Part shown: piece after piece, positions 8,302-18,806 of the stretch
Numbering within the stretch: position 1 is the stretch's first letter
How the letters are laid out: every line of letters begins with the position of its first letter
Source of the DNA: Leptospirales bacterium
Lineage (GTDB): Bacteria > Spirochaetota > Leptospiria > Turneriellales > JAOUFE01
Reading direction: 5' to 3'
Assembly (NCBI GenBank): GCA_040326155.1
Contig: JBEQLE010000055.1
Location: forward strand, 1 to 29,505
DNA: 29,505 bases
Made by a program: the position numbers and the translations under genes
The notes under the pieces: generated by a model
The model's input: the letters and a program-made list of their open reading frames with translations, nothing else
Told to the model about the DNA's origin: nothing
Database searches by the model: none

Positions 8302-9978
8302 TCATGCAATTTTTTGGGAGTCTGGGGCATCTTCCGAATCGGGTTCCAGTTCTCCAAATTTGTCGACTATTTTGGCTTTAAACTGCAAAAATACAGATTC
8401 ATTGTGTAGAACTTTAGAGTTGTTGGGGTAGAGGAGTCTCATTTTTTTGAAAATATCTTCAGCTTCTTGTATTCTTCCTGCATGGTATGCATAAATGGCA
8501 GCTTCATTCATTAAAAGTAAATTCGTCTCTTTTCGTTTCCAGATGGTTAAAATTGCATTCCACGCTTTTTCGAAATAGCCTCTTTTGAACAGAGCGCGCG
8601 CGTAATATACATCGCCCAGAGCGTGGCGAAAGTGGGGTGATAAAAACTTGTACGTGTAATCGAGATTTTGCCAGTCTTCTTTCATAATAAAATAGATAAA
8701 TAATATGTATCGTATATGTTGTGGTACATACTTTTCATCTTTCGGTTTTAAGATCAGGTTTTCAAGCAAATGTAGTAAAACCCCTTCTTCAAGTTCAAAC
8801 GTTTTTGCATTTTCATTCTTAGCCAGATAATTTGCATAAAAATAGTGCAAGCCTGCAAAAGGATATTCTTGCAAAAGCAACTTCAGACTTTCCCAGGTTA
8901 CTCCCTCTGCCAGTTCTTCACCTGGTTTTAAAAGTAGTTTCAATTCCGGAGCTAAGAAAGAGAGACGTTTTAAGCGATCATATTTACCGTAATAAAATAC
9001 CTGGCGTAAAAGTATTTCCCGATATTCCTCATAATATTTTTCTTCGTAGTTTTTGATTAAATAATATTTCAATAAAAATGTGGTGTTTGTACGAAAGCTT
9101 TCACTGAAAAATTCAATAAAATACTCTTCGGTAAAGCCGTTAGTCAGGCTTTTGTTTACCCGTTTTTGCCAGTAACGAAATTCCGCTCTGGACCAATGTT
9201 TTCTACTCTCATTGCACTCGATGGAAATATCGAGAGTCTCAATTGCTGTTAAATTTCTGTACGCAGATAAGAAGTTCGCGAACAATACTTCATTTTTGGT
9301 AACATCATTATAAAGAAAATTCAATATTACCCACTCTTCTTCGGCCAGCTCTCCGTAGGCAAGCGCTTCATATAAAACAAACTTCCAGTTTTCTGTATTT
9401 AAAGAAGCAAAATAGTGTACAAAACAGACAGCAACACGAACGTCTCGAAACCCATATTTCCAGAGGTCGTATAGCTCTTCTAATAAAGGGTCGCGATCTG
9501 TGTTTGGAAACCCGCGAACAATGGTGTCGTCTATAATTTTGAAAAATGGGGTTCTTTGTTTTATAAATTCGTCTTTGTATAATAAAAATGCATCTCGTTT
9601 TTTGGCGTACCCTTCTTCATAAATTTTTCTAAGGGTATCATCTTGAATTCCAACGGCGAGTGTTCCGTCTTCGTTTTCTACCGCATACTCAGTATAAAGC
9701 GGCAATTCGCCCGATTCTTCTTCTACATCTGATTCACCTTTAATAACAACAGGTTTTCGATCATCTTGCAATGAAAACAAAGAGTCATCATCTACCGACT
9801 CGGGCCAGTTCTCTTCTCCCCATCTGTTTTTTATTTTACGCAGGTGAGAATCAAAACTACCAAGTGCTCCGCCGAGTAATTGAATACGAAACACAAAAAT
9901 AGTCGCCAATATTACTATAGCAACTAAAGCCAAAATGGATATTTCGACGGCTCCCAATGTGAATTCAAATATTTGCAT
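8302..9978 (-). CDS. Hypothetical membrane-anchored protein with C-terminal TPR-like repeats
   Basis: N-terminal TM helix; YYARALFKRGYFEKAW and EAAIYAYHAGRIQEAEDIF...YPNN resemble TPR helices. Confidence 0.8.
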   Translation of the reverse strand: MQIFEFTLGAVEISILALVAIVILATIFVFRIQLLGGALGSFDSHLRKIKNRWGEENWPESVDDDSLFSLQDDRKPVVIKGESDVEEESGELPLYTEYAVENEDGTLAVGIQDDTLRKIYEEGYAKKRDAFLLYKDEFIKQRTPFFKIIDDTIVRGFPNTDRDPLLEELYDLWKYGFRDVRVAVCFVHYFASLNTENWKFVLYEALAYGELAEEEWVILNFLYNDVTKNEVLFANFLSAYRNLTAIETLDISIECNESRKHWSRAEFRYWQKRVNKSLTNGFTEEYFIEFFSESFRTNTTFLLKYYLIKNYEEKYYEEYREILLRQVFYYGKYDRLKRLSFLAPELKLLLKPGEELAEGVTWESLKLLLQEYPFAGLHYFYANYLAKNENAKTFELEEGVLLHLLENLILKPKDEKYVPQHIRYILFIYFIMKEDWQNLDYTYKFLSPHFRHALGDVYYARALFKRGYFEKAWNAILTIWKRKETNLLLMNEAAIYAYHAGRIQEAEDIFKKMRLLYPNNSKVLHNESVFLQFKAKIVDKFGELEPDSEDAPDSQKIA

Positions 9979-10097
9979 AGGTTTCTCGCAGGTCTACTTT
10001 ATCATTATCGGCAAATATTAATAGATGTTGTCATTAAAGCAAGAAAAAAATACTTGCTTCGCGTAGAATTTGCTATTATAAAAGGGGAAAATATTGA

Positions 10098-11342
10098 ATG
10101 GAACTTTTTAAAACTCTGGGAATATCATTAGCAATCGGACTCTTAATAGGGTTCGAACGCAGCTGGAGTGAAAAATCTTCACCCAAGATGCACATAGCAG
10201 GGCTGCGCACCTTTGCTTTAGTCGGGCTCTTAGGTGGATTATCCGCTACCATCAGTTATGAATTTACTCCCTGGTTTTTAATTGTAACACTAATCGCCAT
10301 CTCTGTTATATTGTTTTTATTGTACAACCGTGACAGCGAACAAAACAGGTATTACGGGATGACCACGATTGTGGCGCTCTATGTTACATTTTGCCTTGGA
10401 ATTTTATCTGTAATGGGGGAGGCCCTTTTGGCCGTTGGTCTTGCTGTTCTTACGGGAACTTTACTGGGAATGAAAGGCAGGGTCAAACTCTGGCTTGAGA
10501 ATCTGGACCACAGTGAACTTTTCAGTGTCTATAAATTACTGATTATTTCCGTTGTACTACTACCGCTTTTACCCGATGAAAATTTTGGACCCTGGAATGT
10601 AATTAATCTATATGAAATCTGGTGGTTAGTGGTGTTAATTACGTCTATTTCATTTGTGGGTTATTTTGCCATAAAAATAAAAGGGACCCGAATTGGTATT
10701 TTACTTACCGCTTTTTTTGGTGGCCTTGCCTCTTCAACCGTCACCACTTTGAACTTTTCTAAAATAGGTTCACAGAACAAACACATTCACTCTCTTCTTA
10801 CAGCCGGTGTTATTGTAAGCTCTGCAACAATGTTCCCGAGAGTCATTTTAGAGGTGGTCGTCGTCCATTATCCACTCGCTTATTCGTTAATATTCCCCAT
10901 GTTGAGCATGAGCCTGATTTCATATCTGCTGGCATATTACTTCTGGAAACGAAAAGAGAAGAATACGACAAAAGAATCTATTCCGTTAAAAAACCCATTT
11001 GAACTTTTGCCGGCTCTAAAATTTGGAATTTTACTAACTCTTATACTGGTTTTAGGTAAAGTCTTTAAAATGCAATTTGGAGATACAGGAATTTATGTTC
11101 TCTCTTTTTTATCAGGAATAAGCGATGTCGATGCAATTACACTGACACTAGCGCGTATGACACGAGCAGGGGAGATTACCTCCAATGTCGCTACCATGGC
11201 GGTAGTCATTGCCGCCTTAACAAACACTTTAGTCAAAGCGCTACTCGTTATATTCATAGCGCGCGGTTTTATGGGAAAATCAATCGCCATTGCCTTTAGC
11301 ATCATTATCGCCACCGGAGTTATCGCTGCCATACTCATGTAA
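10098..11342 (+). CDS. MgtC/SapB family protein with DUF4010 domain
   Basis: LAIGLLIGFER, AGLRTFALVG, GMTT, FGGLASST and GISDVDAI motifs; multi-TM. Confidence 0.92.
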   Translation: MELFKTLGISLAIGLLIGFERSWSEKSSPKMHIAGLRTFALVGLLGGLSATISYEFTPWFLIVTLIAISVILFLLYNRDSEQNRYYGMTTIVALYVTFCLGILSVMGEALLAVGLAVLTGTLLGMKGRVKLWLENLDHSELFSVYKLLIISVVLLPLLPDENFGPWNVINLYEIWWLVVLITSISFVGYFAIKIKGTRIGILLTAFFGGLASSTVTTLNFSKIGSQNKHIHSLLTAGVIVSSATMFPRVILEVVVVHYPLAYSLIFPMLSMSLISYLLAYYFWKRKEKNTTKESIPLKNPFELLPALKFGILLTLILVLGKVFKMQFGDTGIYVLSFLSGISDVDAITLTLARMTRAGEITSNVATMAVVIAALTNTLVKALLVIFIARGFMGKSIAIAFSIIIATGVIAAILM

Positions 11343-11348
11343 ACTTGG

Positions 11349-11556
11349 GGCAGGAAGTTGGGGATAACGAATACAGGAAAAGAAAATTAGACAGGATTTA
11401 CAGGATTAACAGGATAAGATTTTGAAAATGAATATAATTTTTAAATGTTGTTATGTCGCCAATGATTTTCTGAATTTGACTTAATTCTCCTCTTAAAATC
11501 ATGTTAATCATGTAAATCCTGTCCCTTTATCTTTTTCTTTTCCTGCCGTTCCTGCC
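11349..11556. repeat. Long nested inverted repeat (MITE/REP-like) between convergent genes
   Basis: 11390..11415 GACAGGATTTACAGGATTAACAGGAT pairs with 11498..11523 (24/26); outer pairs are 11374..11386/11533..11545 and 11349..11356/11549..11556. Confidence 0.8.
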
Positions 11557-11585
11557 TTCCTTATAAAAAACTCTTTCCCATACTA

Positions 11586-12881
11586 CTATTTCTCCATTTC
11601 CTGATCAGGGTCCGGAAGTTTCATTAGCAACAGTCCGCCCGCCAAAAATAACACAGTTATGGAAACGATACTAATTCGGGTTCCCAGCTCTGGGTCTCCT
11701 AGAAATCGAATGGCAAAATACCCGGTGAGCGCCATAAGCATCGGTCCTATAATGACGGCAAATTTCCCCAGCATATTGTAAAAGCCAAAAAATTCAGCTG
11801 CTTTTTCAATTGGTATTATACGCGTATAATAAGAGCGACTGAGCGCCTGGACGCCGCCTTGTACCAAACCAACGATGCCGGCTAAAACGAAGAACTCTGC
11901 GCTGCTGTCGATGGTCGCGCCCCAGATACAGATAAATATATAGACTGAAATTCCAGCCAAAATACTTTTTTTTACTCCAATATATTTTGACAGTTTAATG
12001 TAGGCCAGACTTGCCGGAAACCCGACAAACTGTGTAACAATTAAGGCGGTAATTAGATCTTGAGTGTGCAGGTTTATGGAGCTGCCGTAAATGACAGCCA
12101 TCCGAATAATGGTATGAACACCATCGATATAGAGCCAGTAAGCAATTAAAAAGTATAACACAGTTCGTGTTTTCATTATATCTTTTACAGTCTTTTTCAA
12201 CTCACGAAAAATTTGCAATATGGTAACCCGCTCTACGTAATTTTCAGGTTTTTGTTTAGACGATTGTTTTTTATCTTTTACAAAGATCAACAAGGGAATA
12301 GAAAACAGGGCCCACCAGATACCAACAGATAAAAACGATCCTTTTACTGCGCTTTGCGCTGAGCTAAAACCAAATTTATCGGGATAGGTTGCCCATAATA
12401 CGTTCGCTGCTAAAAGCAGGCCACCGCCAAGGTAGCCCAGGGCGTAACCCAGATTCGAAGCTCTGTCGAGATTTTCTCTTTTTGCAATAACCGGTAAAAA
12501 AGAGTCGTAGAAAATATTGCCTCCAAAAAAACCCAGAGAAGCAATAATATACCAGAAAGAGGCCCATTGCCAAGAACCCGAATCGAGAAAGGCAAGAGCC
12601 ATCGAACCAAAGATTCCAGCAAAGGCAAAACCCGTTAAAAACTTTTTTTTACCAAAACTTAAATCTGCCCAGGCGCCTAAAAAAGGAGCGAGCAGGGCGA
12701 TGAACAGTCCGGCAATGGAGTTGGCAATTGCCAACCTGAGAGTAATGACATCGTCTGCTACCCCAATGTTCCAAAACTCTTTAAAAAAGAAAGGGAAGAA
12801 ACCGGCAATAATCGTTGTAGAAAAAGCTGAATTTGCCCAATCATAAAGCGCCCAGGAAAACTCTTCTTTTTTAATTTTCAA
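11586..12881 (-). CDS. MFS transporter, UMF1/ATG22-like family
   Basis: SWALYDWANSAF, APFLGAWAD, NIFYDSFLP, GYALGYLGG, QALSRS and AEFFGFY motifs. Confidence 0.92.
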   Translation of the reverse strand: MKIKKEEFSWALYDWANSAFSTTIIAGFFPFFFKEFWNIGVADDVITLRLAIANSIAGLFIALLAPFLGAWADLSFGKKKFLTGFAFAGIFGSMALAFLDSGSWQWASFWYIIASLGFFGGNIFYDSFLPVIAKRENLDRASNLGYALGYLGGGLLLAANVLWATYPDKFGFSSAQSAVKGSFLSVGIWWALFSIPLLIFVKDKKQSSKQKPENYVERVTILQIFRELKKTVKDIMKTRTVLYFLIAYWLYIDGVHTIIRMAVIYGSSINLHTQDLITALIVTQFVGFPASLAYIKLSKYIGVKKSILAGISVYIFICIWGATIDSSAEFFVLAGIVGLVQGGVQALSRSYYTRIIPIEKAAEFFGFYNMLGKFAVIIGPMLMALTGYFAIRFLGDPELGTRISIVSITVLFLAGGLLLMKLPDPDQEMEK

Positions 12882-12918
12882 ATTTTCTCTTTTGTTGGTT
12901 CATTTGTTTTAGATTATA

Positions 12919-13194
12919 CTAATTTTCAGGAAATACTTTTTTGAACGGCTTTATCTGATAGCTATGGAATACACCATGCATAACATAAGGATCGTTTTGA
13001 ATAAAGTTTTCGGCCTCTTCGAGGGAGTCGACATCGATTATAATCAGGCTGCCAGTTGTATCGGTAAAAGGACCAGCCAGGAAGAGCTTACCTTCCTTTT
13101 TAAGTATTTTCAGGTTGGCCAGGTGCGCTTCTCTGTGAATTACCCTTTTTTCTTTTGAATCTTCTGAATCGGTTCCTATAATGGCAAACAACAT
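12919..13194 (-). CDS. yciI: YciI family protein
   Basis: RVIHREAHL, LAGP, GSLII and DPYVMHGV motifs; start placed at the ATG at 13194. Confidence 0.88.
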   Translation of the reverse strand: MLFAIIGTDSEDSKEKRVIHREAHLANLKILKKEGKLFLAGPFTDTTGSLIIIDVDSLEEAENFIQNDPYVMHGVFHSYQIKPFKKVFPEN

Positions 13195-13329
13195 ATACTT
13201 TCCTTTTTTTGTCAACCATGACGATTTGGCAAGCAATTACTTGAAAACTTTTCCTGCTTCTAAAATAAAAACTCTTGACGTTACCGCGTTTCATGCCGCT
13301 TTATCTAAAAAATCAAAAAAGGTAGATAA

Positions 13330-15468
13330 ATGTCTGAAATTATTAAAGATCAAGAAAGAAATATTACAGAAACTCGCAAATTAAATGAATATTTTGGTGA
13401 GAATGTATTCAATGATAATACTATGAGAGAGAGGCTGCCAAAAGCCATCTATAAATCGCTACGAAAAACCATTGAAGGGTTTCAACCACTTCAATCGGAT
13501 GTAGCCGAAGTTGTAGCCAACGCCATGAAAGACTGGGCGATCGAAAAAGGCGCAACTCACTTTAGTCACTGGTTTCAACCTATGACGGGAATTACAGCGG
13601 AAAAACACGACGCCTTTATTAGTCCAACCCCAGATGGACGGGTTATAATGGAGTTTTCCGGTAAAGAACTCATCAAAGGAGAGCCGGATGCCTCTTCTTT
13701 TCCATCAGGTGGCCTGCGGGTAACTTTCGAGGCGCGTGGTTACACAGCCTGGGATTGTACTTCACCTGCTTTTTTTCGAGATAATACATTATACATTCCC
13801 ACCGCTTTTTACTCTTACACGGGGGATGTTCTTGATAAAAAAACTCCCTTGCTTCGATCTATGGACGCACTGTCTACACAGGCGTTGCGAGTTTTAAAGC
13901 TATTCGGAAACACCACATCGAACCGGGTGAATACAACTGTTGGCGCCGAGCAAGAGTACTTTTTAATTACAAAAGAAAACTTTCGAAAAAGACCCGACCT
14001 TGTGTACACAGGCCGAACAGTCTTTGGAGCGCCGCCTCCGAAAGGTCAAGAGTTGGATGACCACTATTTTGGGACTATTAAAGAAAGAGTCATGTCATTT
14101 ATGTCGGAGCTTGATATAGAGCTTTGGAAACTTGGTGTTTCATCAAAAACGAAACACAACGAAGTGGCTCCAGCGCAACATGAGCTGGCTCCAATTTTTA
14201 CAACAAGCAATATAGCCACCGACCACAACCAGTTAATAATGGATACTTTAAAGAAAGTAGCCGAACGTCACGGGCTTGTTTGCCTGTTGCACGAAAAACC
14301 TTTTGCGGGAGTAAATGGTTCCGGTAAACATAACAACTGGTCTATGAGCACCAACGATGGGGAAAACCTGCTGGAACCCAGCGAAACTCCTCATGAAAAC
14401 CTACAGTTTTTATTTTTTCTGGCAGCTGTCATTAAAGCTGTTGATGAATATGCAGAGTTAATTCGAGCCACTGCGGCAAATCCCGGTAATGATCATCGAC
14501 TTGGAGCCAACGAAGCTCCTCCGGCGATTATTTCTATTTTCGTGGGTGAACAACTGAACGAAATTCTGGAACAGATTGAGAAAAGTGGCTCTGTATCGAA
14601 AGTAACAGAGAACACGGAAATAAAAGATCTTATTGCTATTTTGCCTTCTTTGCCAAAAGACGCAACGGACCGAAACAGAACATCACCGTTTGCTTTTACT
14701 GGTAATAAATTTGAGTTTCGTATGGTTCCCTCATCGGCTTCCATTGCAGGCCCTAACTTTGTATTAAACACGGTTGTAGCCGAAGCGCTTCTACAAATTG
14801 GTGATGAACTTGCAAAAGAAGACAACGTCGACGACGGAGCTTTTAAGATTATTCAAAATGTGTTGAAAAAGCATAAAAGAGTCATTTTTAACGGTAATAA
14901 TTACGCCGATGAATGGGTGGCAGAAGCAGAAAAACGCGGTCTTTCGAACTTGAAATCGACCGTCGACGCCATGGGTGTTATGATGGATTCGTCTACGATC
15001 TCTGTTATGGAAAAACATGGAGTTTTGAAAGAAACAGAGCTTGAATCGCGACTTGAGATTATTTTGGAAAACTATGCGAAAACAATTCGAATAGAAGCTC
15101 TGACGATGATCAGTATTTGTCGAACCCAGATTATACCGACGGTAATTGACTTTGCCAAGGGTATTTCTGACGCTGTTATTTCTGCAAAAGCTGCCGGGGC
15201 AGATGATTCCGTTCAAAGCAGTTTATTGAATGATCTTACAGAAAATTTAAAACAAGCAGACGCAAACACCAGTAAACTTGAAAAAGCTGTTGCTAAAGGT
15301 GACGCTGATGAAGAGAACCAACCTATATTAGCATCAGCCACATATTACAAAGATGTTGTTTTTCCAATAATGGATGAGCTGAGAAGTCATGTTGACTCTC
15401 TTGAGAAAATTGTTGATACTGAGAAGTGGCCTCTACCAAGTTATGGCGAAATGATGTACAATATCTAA
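13330..15468 (+). CDS. glnA: Glutamine synthetase type III
   Basis: [52 protein letters not shown] and [18 protein letters not shown] motifs; 712 aa. Confidence 0.97.
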   Translation: MSEIIKDQERNITETRKLNEYFGENVFNDNTMRERLPKAIYKSLRKTIEGFQPLQSDVAEVVANAMKDWAIEKGATHFSHWFQPMTGITAEKHDAFISPTPDGRVIMEFSGKELIKGEPDASSFPSGGLRVTFEARGYTAWDCTSPAFFRDNTLYIPTAFYSYTGDVLDKKTPLLRSMDALSTQALRVLKLFGNTTSNRVNTTVGAEQEYFLITKENFRKRPDLVYTGRTVFGAPPPKGQELDDHYFGTIKERVMSFMSELDIELWKLGVSSKTKHNEVAPAQHELAPIFTTSNIATDHNQLIMDTLKKVAERHGLVCLLHEKPFAGVNGSGKHNNWSMSTNDGENLLEPSETPHENLQFLFFLAAVIKAVDEYAELIRATAANPGNDHRLGANEAPPAIISIFVGEQLNEILEQIEKSGSVSKVTENTEIKDLIAILPSLPKDATDRNRTSPFAFTGNKFEFRMVPSSASIAGPNFVLNTVVAEALLQIGDELAKEDNVDDGAFKIIQNVLKKHKRVIFNGNNYADEWVAEAEKRGLSNLKSTVDAMGVMMDSSTISVMEKHGVLKETELESRLEIILENYAKTIRIEALTMISICRTQIIPTVIDFAKGISDAVISAKAAGADDSVQSSLLNDLTENLKQADANTSKLEKAVAKGDADEENQPILASATYYKDVVFPIMDELRSHVDSLEKIVDTEKWPLPSYGEMMYNI

Positions 15469-15593
15469 AAAAACAGGTTTAAAGTTCACTTTTTTTCAGG
15501 AAAAACAGGTTAAAATCACCTTTTTTTCAGGAAAAACAGGTTAAAATCACCTTTTTTTCAGGAAAAACAGTATCAAAGATACTTTTTTTCGGG
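15469..15593 (+). repeat. Four tandem 31-32 bp palindromic units (AAAAACAGGTTAAAATCACCTTTTTTTCAGG)
   Basis: Units start at 15469, 15501, 15532 and 15563; units 2 and 3 are identical. Confidence 0.9.
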
Positions 15594-15628
15594 GTAGTGT
15601 AAAAAAACGAAAGTTTTGTACATTACCC
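15592..15628 (+). other. Stem-loop with GAAA tetraloop
   Basis: GGGTAGTGTA..AAAAC-GAAA-GTTTT.TACATTACCC. Confidence 0.6.
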
Positions 15629-15846
15629 TATTAGTGAACCAATTTAGTTTTAACCTCAAAAAATCGCTTACATATTATATTCAACCGCTTGAGTTTTATT
15701 ATGACCAAAAAGCGGAGTTTATTAGCAACTACCGTTTAAAAAATTACCTGTTGTATAATAACTACACCACTCGCAGCCGGTGTTTTCTCTGTTTGGAGCA
15801 TTATTACCTGCAAGTGCTGAAACATAGAAAGTCAGTCTTTGAGCAG

Positions 15847-16605
15847 ATGAGACAGCAACTTTCGGAAGGTACCGCTTTAATCGCTCAATTTTCGGATATC
15901 TTGTATGAAAAAAAGTTTGATAGTATGCGAACCTTACAATATGTTCGGGCGCTTCAAAAATTTCAGTACTGGTTACAATTTCAATCGAACAAAGATTTCG
16001 AAAATATCAGCGCAACTCATGTCCATAATTATTTTAGATTTTTGCAGACAACCAAAAGTAACGCCAAAACTGAGTCTTTGGTACTTGGAGAAGCGGCGGA
16101 ACTTTTTTTTCGATTTATTTTTGATAAAAACAGAACCTTTTCGGTTGTAAATGAAAGGAACGATTTGTCGAAAACTGCCAGGTTAATCTCTTACCAGGAT
16201 TTACAATCGCTGTTTTTCCACTTGCCCGATCAAAACAGTCGTTTAATTTTTTTTATAGCGTACACCTGTTTATTATCGCCCTCAAAAATTAGCGCTCTTT
16301 CACGTAAAAGTATAAACATGGACCATAGAACTATTTACTGTTCAAAAGAGACAACTGGTTTTCAGGTTATGTTTCCGGGGCTGGCTTTGCCATATCTGAG
16401 AAATCTGAATAATAGTCCAAAAGAGATACCAACAAGGCAAAATGTACAAAACGAAAATCCAAATAAAAACTTTGATTTCATATGGAAAAATCTGCGAAAC
16501 CGCACAGTACATACTCCTGAGGACTTTATGTATACAGCGAAAATACACATGCGACAAAAACATTTTTTAAAAGAGTTTTTTAATTCTATTATAAATTTAT
16601 TTTAA
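15847..16605 (+). CDS. Degenerate tyrosine recombinase / integron-integrase-like protein (SAM-like core-binding domain plus partial catalytic fold); ORF is open from 15616
   Basis: RTLQYVRALQKF, HVHNYFRFL, ELFFRFIF, RLISYQDLQSLF, RLIFFIAYTCLLSPSKISALSRKSINM and TPEDFMYT align by eye to the IntI/XerD pattern. Confidence 0.65.
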   Translation: MRQQLSEGTALIAQFSDILYEKKFDSMRTLQYVRALQKFQYWLQFQSNKDFENISATHVHNYFRFLQTTKSNAKTESLVLGEAAELFFRFIFDKNRTFSVVNERNDLSKTARLISYQDLQSLFFHLPDQNSRLIFFIAYTCLLSPSKISALSRKSINMDHRTIYCSKETTGFQVMFPGLALPYLRNLNNSPKEIPTRQNVQNENPNKNFDFIWKNLRNRTVHTPEDFMYTAKIHMRQKHFLKEFFNSIINLF

Positions 16606-16660
16606 GCTTGCGTAAATTAAAACTTGTCATGATGAAAGAAGCAACAGGTTTATCTAAATA

Positions 16661-17551
16661 ATGAAAAGCTTTAAACGCATGTATTCTGCAATATTTTTTT
16701 TGCTTCTTATGGTCACGTTACCTATGACAGGTGTCCAGGACTCCTTGTTCAACAAGGTTCTCAGTAAAAAAATATTACGAATTGGAATCTCCGAAAACTA
16801 CCCACCCTTGAGTTTTAAAACCGATAAAAATAAATTTGACGGTATCGAAATTGAAATGGCAAAGTCATTTACCACTTTTTTAGAGGGTATTTTAAGCGGT
16901 GGTGAAACGAAAAACAGTAATAAAACTACTTTGAATAAACCAATAATTTCACTGGAATGGGTTCTTGTTAAACCGGATAATTATGTTGCCAAAGTAAAAA
17001 ACCATGAAGTTGATCTATTACTCGGAGGCGTTTCGAGGAATATGAGTCGTTCTCAACAAATGTGGTTTTCTGAACCTTATTATACCTTTACCCCCGCAGT
17101 TTTATTTGATCGCCACAAATTGCCACAAGCAAAGTATGGTGAGTTTTTTGAAGAAAGAACATACCGAACCCTCTGGGATCTAAAAAACCTTAAAAATATT
17201 AAACTGGCTGTAAAAACGGGGTCGGTATACGAGGAATTAATTCAAACTAGATTACCGAATGCTGTTATCGTAAAAGTGGACACCAATGATATAGGCTTAA
17301 ACAAGTTGAAAGCCAGACAAGTCGATGGGTTTGTACATGATTCCATTTTTTTTGATTCCAAAATGCGTGAGGAACCGAATTTTCATGGAAATTTTATTTT
17401 ACTGAAAGGGGGAAACCGTAAAGAAGTTCTTTGCATTGGTTTACCCATGGGTGATACCGTATGGTTACAAACAGTCAACGCCTGGCTGGCTGAAGTAAAA
17501 AGAGACGGGCAGCTGGAAAATTGGATTAGAAAGTATACGGAAGGGAATTGA
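16661..17551 (+). CDS. Family 3 (polar amino acid) substrate-binding protein
   Basis: Signal peptide; LRIGISENYPPLSF, FDGIEIEMAK, FSEPY, AVKTGS and VNAWLAEVKRDG motifs. Confidence 0.88.
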   Translation: MKSFKRMYSAIFFLLLMVTLPMTGVQDSLFNKVLSKKILRIGISENYPPLSFKTDKNKFDGIEIEMAKSFTTFLEGILSGGETKNSNKTTLNKPIISLEWVLVKPDNYVAKVKNHEVDLLLGGVSRNMSRSQQMWFSEPYYTFTPAVLFDRHKLPQAKYGEFFEERTYRTLWDLKNLKNIKLAVKTGSVYEELIQTRLPNAVIVKVDTNDIGLNKLKARQVDGFVHDSIFFDSKMREEPNFHGNFILLKGGNRKEVLCIGLPMGDTVWLQTVNAWLAEVKRDGQLENWIRKYTEGN

Positions 17552-17558
17552 TCGATCT

Positions 17559-18806
17559 ATGATAAAAAATATTCTTATAATATGCAGCGTTTTGGTTTTT
17601 ACCTCCAGCGCCTGGGCTGAAAAACCTGACATTGAATGGAAGGGAAAATATCGTGTTAGAGCTTTTCAATATGGGGGCCAGAGCACGGTAAATGGTTACT
17701 TAATGGGAAAGGGTTCTAATGAGGTTACTTATTTTGATCTTTTTTTCCGCAATGAAGTTTTTATACACACTGGCAGTATCTTTACTATTAAAACAAAGTT
17801 TGATACCTTTGCCGTATTTGGTGAAAACGACGCATCGATTGGCGGCAACGATCTGGGTTTTCAGATTCGAAATATTTACCTTTCGGCAGACATGAAACAC
17901 ACGCAGATTGAAATCGGTTTCTTACCCTTTACAATTCCGGGTGGTTTTATTCTCGCAACCGACGGCGGTGGCGCAAAAATTGTTTCTGATATTAAAAAAA
18001 TACCGATTAAAGTATATGGTTACTGGTTAAAAGCTTTTGATAATTCCCGATATGATTTTGGAAATGGAGTGGGGGTAAACAACTATGTGGACTCTGATAT
18101 TTACAGTGTCGGTTTTCAAATTTATGGAATTGAATCGAAGGCAATTTCCGGTTTTCCTATTGATATTTATTATGTATACCATCATGACAAAGATCATTTG
18201 AATGGTTCTAGAAACCAGTTGCATTGGGCCGGGTTGCACAGCGAGTTATTCTCGGGAAGATTTTTTACTAAATTAGATGCTATCTATAATTTTGGGGATA
18301 TAACGGATGCGGGTAAAACTACACAAATTAAAGCAGGCCTGGCTTCTCTCATATTCGGGTTTATGCTCGATAAAATACATTTAAAAGCGTTTGCCGAGAC
18401 AGCCACCGGCGATTTAGAAAACCCGAACCGGGATGATACCTTTCAAAATATTAAAGGCTCTCATTATATTTCAAATATTGTTGTTGATAATAGCGGTGGA
18501 ATGTCCATTCACTCCGGCGCCGGTTTTGCCGGACTGTTTGCTACTGGCATGGGGGCCTCGTTTTCGATTCAGCGCTTAACTTTCGATTTTACGTATGCCC
18601 ATTTTCGAGGTTTAACTTCCATGAACTATGCATATGGCAACGAGTTTGACCTGAATACAGTCTATCTGGTTAGAGAAAATATTACCTTGAATCTGAATTG
18701 TGGTATCTTTTTACCTGATCAAGGGTATGCAGATTACACTGCGCAAAATACAGGATGGCAATATCCGGTGTATGAAGTGATTGCTGCGGTAAATGTAAAA
18801 TATTAA
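17559..18806 (+). CDS. Outer membrane beta-barrel protein (porin/alginate-export-like)
   Basis: Signal peptide ending AWA, alternating amphipathic strands, YGNEFD and a terminal aromatic residue (VNVKY). Confidence 0.75.
   Translation: MIKNILIICSVLVFTSSAWAEKPDIEWKGKYRVRAFQYGGQSTVNGYLMGKGSNEVTYFDLFFRNEVFIHTGSIFTIKTKFDTFAVFGENDASIGGNDLGFQIRNIYLSADMKHTQIEIGFLPFTIPGGFILATDGGGAKIVSDIKKIPIKVYGYWLKAFDNSRYDFGNGVGVNNYVDSDIYSVGFQIYGIESKAISGFPIDIYYVYHHDKDHLNGSRNQLHWAGLHSELFSGRFFTKLDAIYNFGDITDAGKTTQIKAGLASLIFGFMLDKIHLKAFAETATGDLENPNRDDTFQNIKGSHYISNIVVDNSGGMSIHSGAGFAGLFATGMGASFSIQRLTFDFTYAHFRGLTSMNYAYGNEFDLNTVYLVRENITLNLNCGIFLPDQGYADYTAQNTGWQYPVYEVIAAVNVKY

Noticed and set aside
13227..13245. Sigma-54 promoter for glnA (TGGCA...)
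   Set aside because: The -12 position reads CT rather than GC.
15469..15593. CRISPR array
   Set aside because: Units are directly adjacent with no spacers.
15616..16605. Functional integron integrase
   Set aside because: Catalytic R, HxxR and Y are absent; the first 77 codons from a TTG inside a hairpin look non-coding.
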